Shown here: positions 14,497 through 14,817 of the stretch, in pieces | How positions within the stretch are numbered: position 1 is the stretch's first letter | Layout: each line of letters opens with the position of its first letter | Assembly: GCA_027031765.1 (NCBI GenBank) | Contig: JALVPN010000086.1 | Location: 1 to 14,817, forward strand | Length of the DNA stretch: 14,817 nt | Direction: 5' to 3' | Source of the DNA: Promethearchaeota archaeon | Lineage (GTDB): Archaea > Asgardarchaeota > Thorarchaeia > Thorarchaeales > Thorarchaeaceae | Notes under the pieces: model-generated | Databases searched by the model: none | What the model was told of the DNA's origin: nothing | Seen by the model: only the letters and a program-made list of their open reading frames with translations | Program-made: the position numbers and the translations under genes

Positions 14497-14817
14497 TCAT
14501 GACGTACCGTCAGCAGGCGCCCGCTCCACGGTCCTGTCTGTGGCAGTCCCTGTTGGCGTCCCCGTCGTGGTCCTGACAGACCACGGGTAGCGCTCGACCA
14601 TCCGGTCTATCAGTCTGTGCACCTTCCGCTCTTCGGAGGTGCCGGTGTAGACGAGGAAGACCACCTCACCACCACGTGTCCGCTTGACCCTCTGGTACAT
14701 CGTCTTGACGGTACTGACAGTGTCCAGGACGACCAGTCTGCTGGCAGTCCTGAGGTCGATGTCCCGTTCGCCCACACCTGACATCAGCAGTGCAGCGTTT
14801 CCAGCCCACTCCTCAAA
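14497..14817 (-). CDS. C-terminal end of a Hef/FANCM-like SF2 helicase (5'-truncated by window edge)
   Basis: The frame stays open to the window edge: FEEWAGNAALLMSGVGERDIDLRTASRLVVLDTVSTVKTMYQRVKRTRGGEVVFLVYTGTSEE. By eye it aligns with the Hef-type pattern LVATSVGEEGLD...IQRRGRTGR...GRVIIL...GTRDE (motifs V-VI). The track's ATG 14784 is internal. Confidence 0.75.
   Translation of the reverse strand, partial: FEEWAGNAALLMSGVGERDIDLRTASRLVVLDTVSTVKTMYQRVKRTRGGEVVFLVYTGTSEERKVHRLIDRMVERYPWSVRTTTGTPTGTATDRTVERAPADGTS

Overview
GC-rich archaeal chromosomal segment. It has TATA/BRE-like promoters, GGTGA/GGAG ribosome-binding sites and archaeal-type proteins. An Asgard/Thorarchaeia-like origin is plausible but is only my impression. 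From left to right: (1) a large minus-strand STAND-class P-loop NTPase with C-terminal 46-aa TPR repeats, absent from the ORF track because it runs off the left edge; (2) a small acidic hypothetical ORF; (3) a ~457-aa plus-strand orphan with Vps62/NPP1-like motifs; (4) a TauE/SafE (TSUP) transporter. A co-oriented minus-strand run follows: a Hef-like SF2 helicase C-terminus (partial, right edge), flavodiiron protein FprA, rubrerythrin, an Mre11/SbcD nuclease, a Rad50/SbcC-like ATPase, a HAD hydrolase, and SdhA/FrdA plus SdhB/FrdB with no membrane-anchor genes. The best candidate for an undescribed system is the coupled Mre11 plus a 458-aa 'mini-Rad50'. This ATPase has all ABC-ATPase motifs but only ~135 aa between the two ATPase halves, no CXXC zinc hook and no adjacent herA/nurA, and it sits behind a long 5'-UTR hairpin. 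Next are the NLR-like STAND-TPR gene, whose repeats show mosaic DNA identity, and the Vps62/NPP1-like orphan. No rRNA, tRNA, CRISPR array, transposase or integrase was recognised. All translations, alignments and folds were done by eye; no searches were run.
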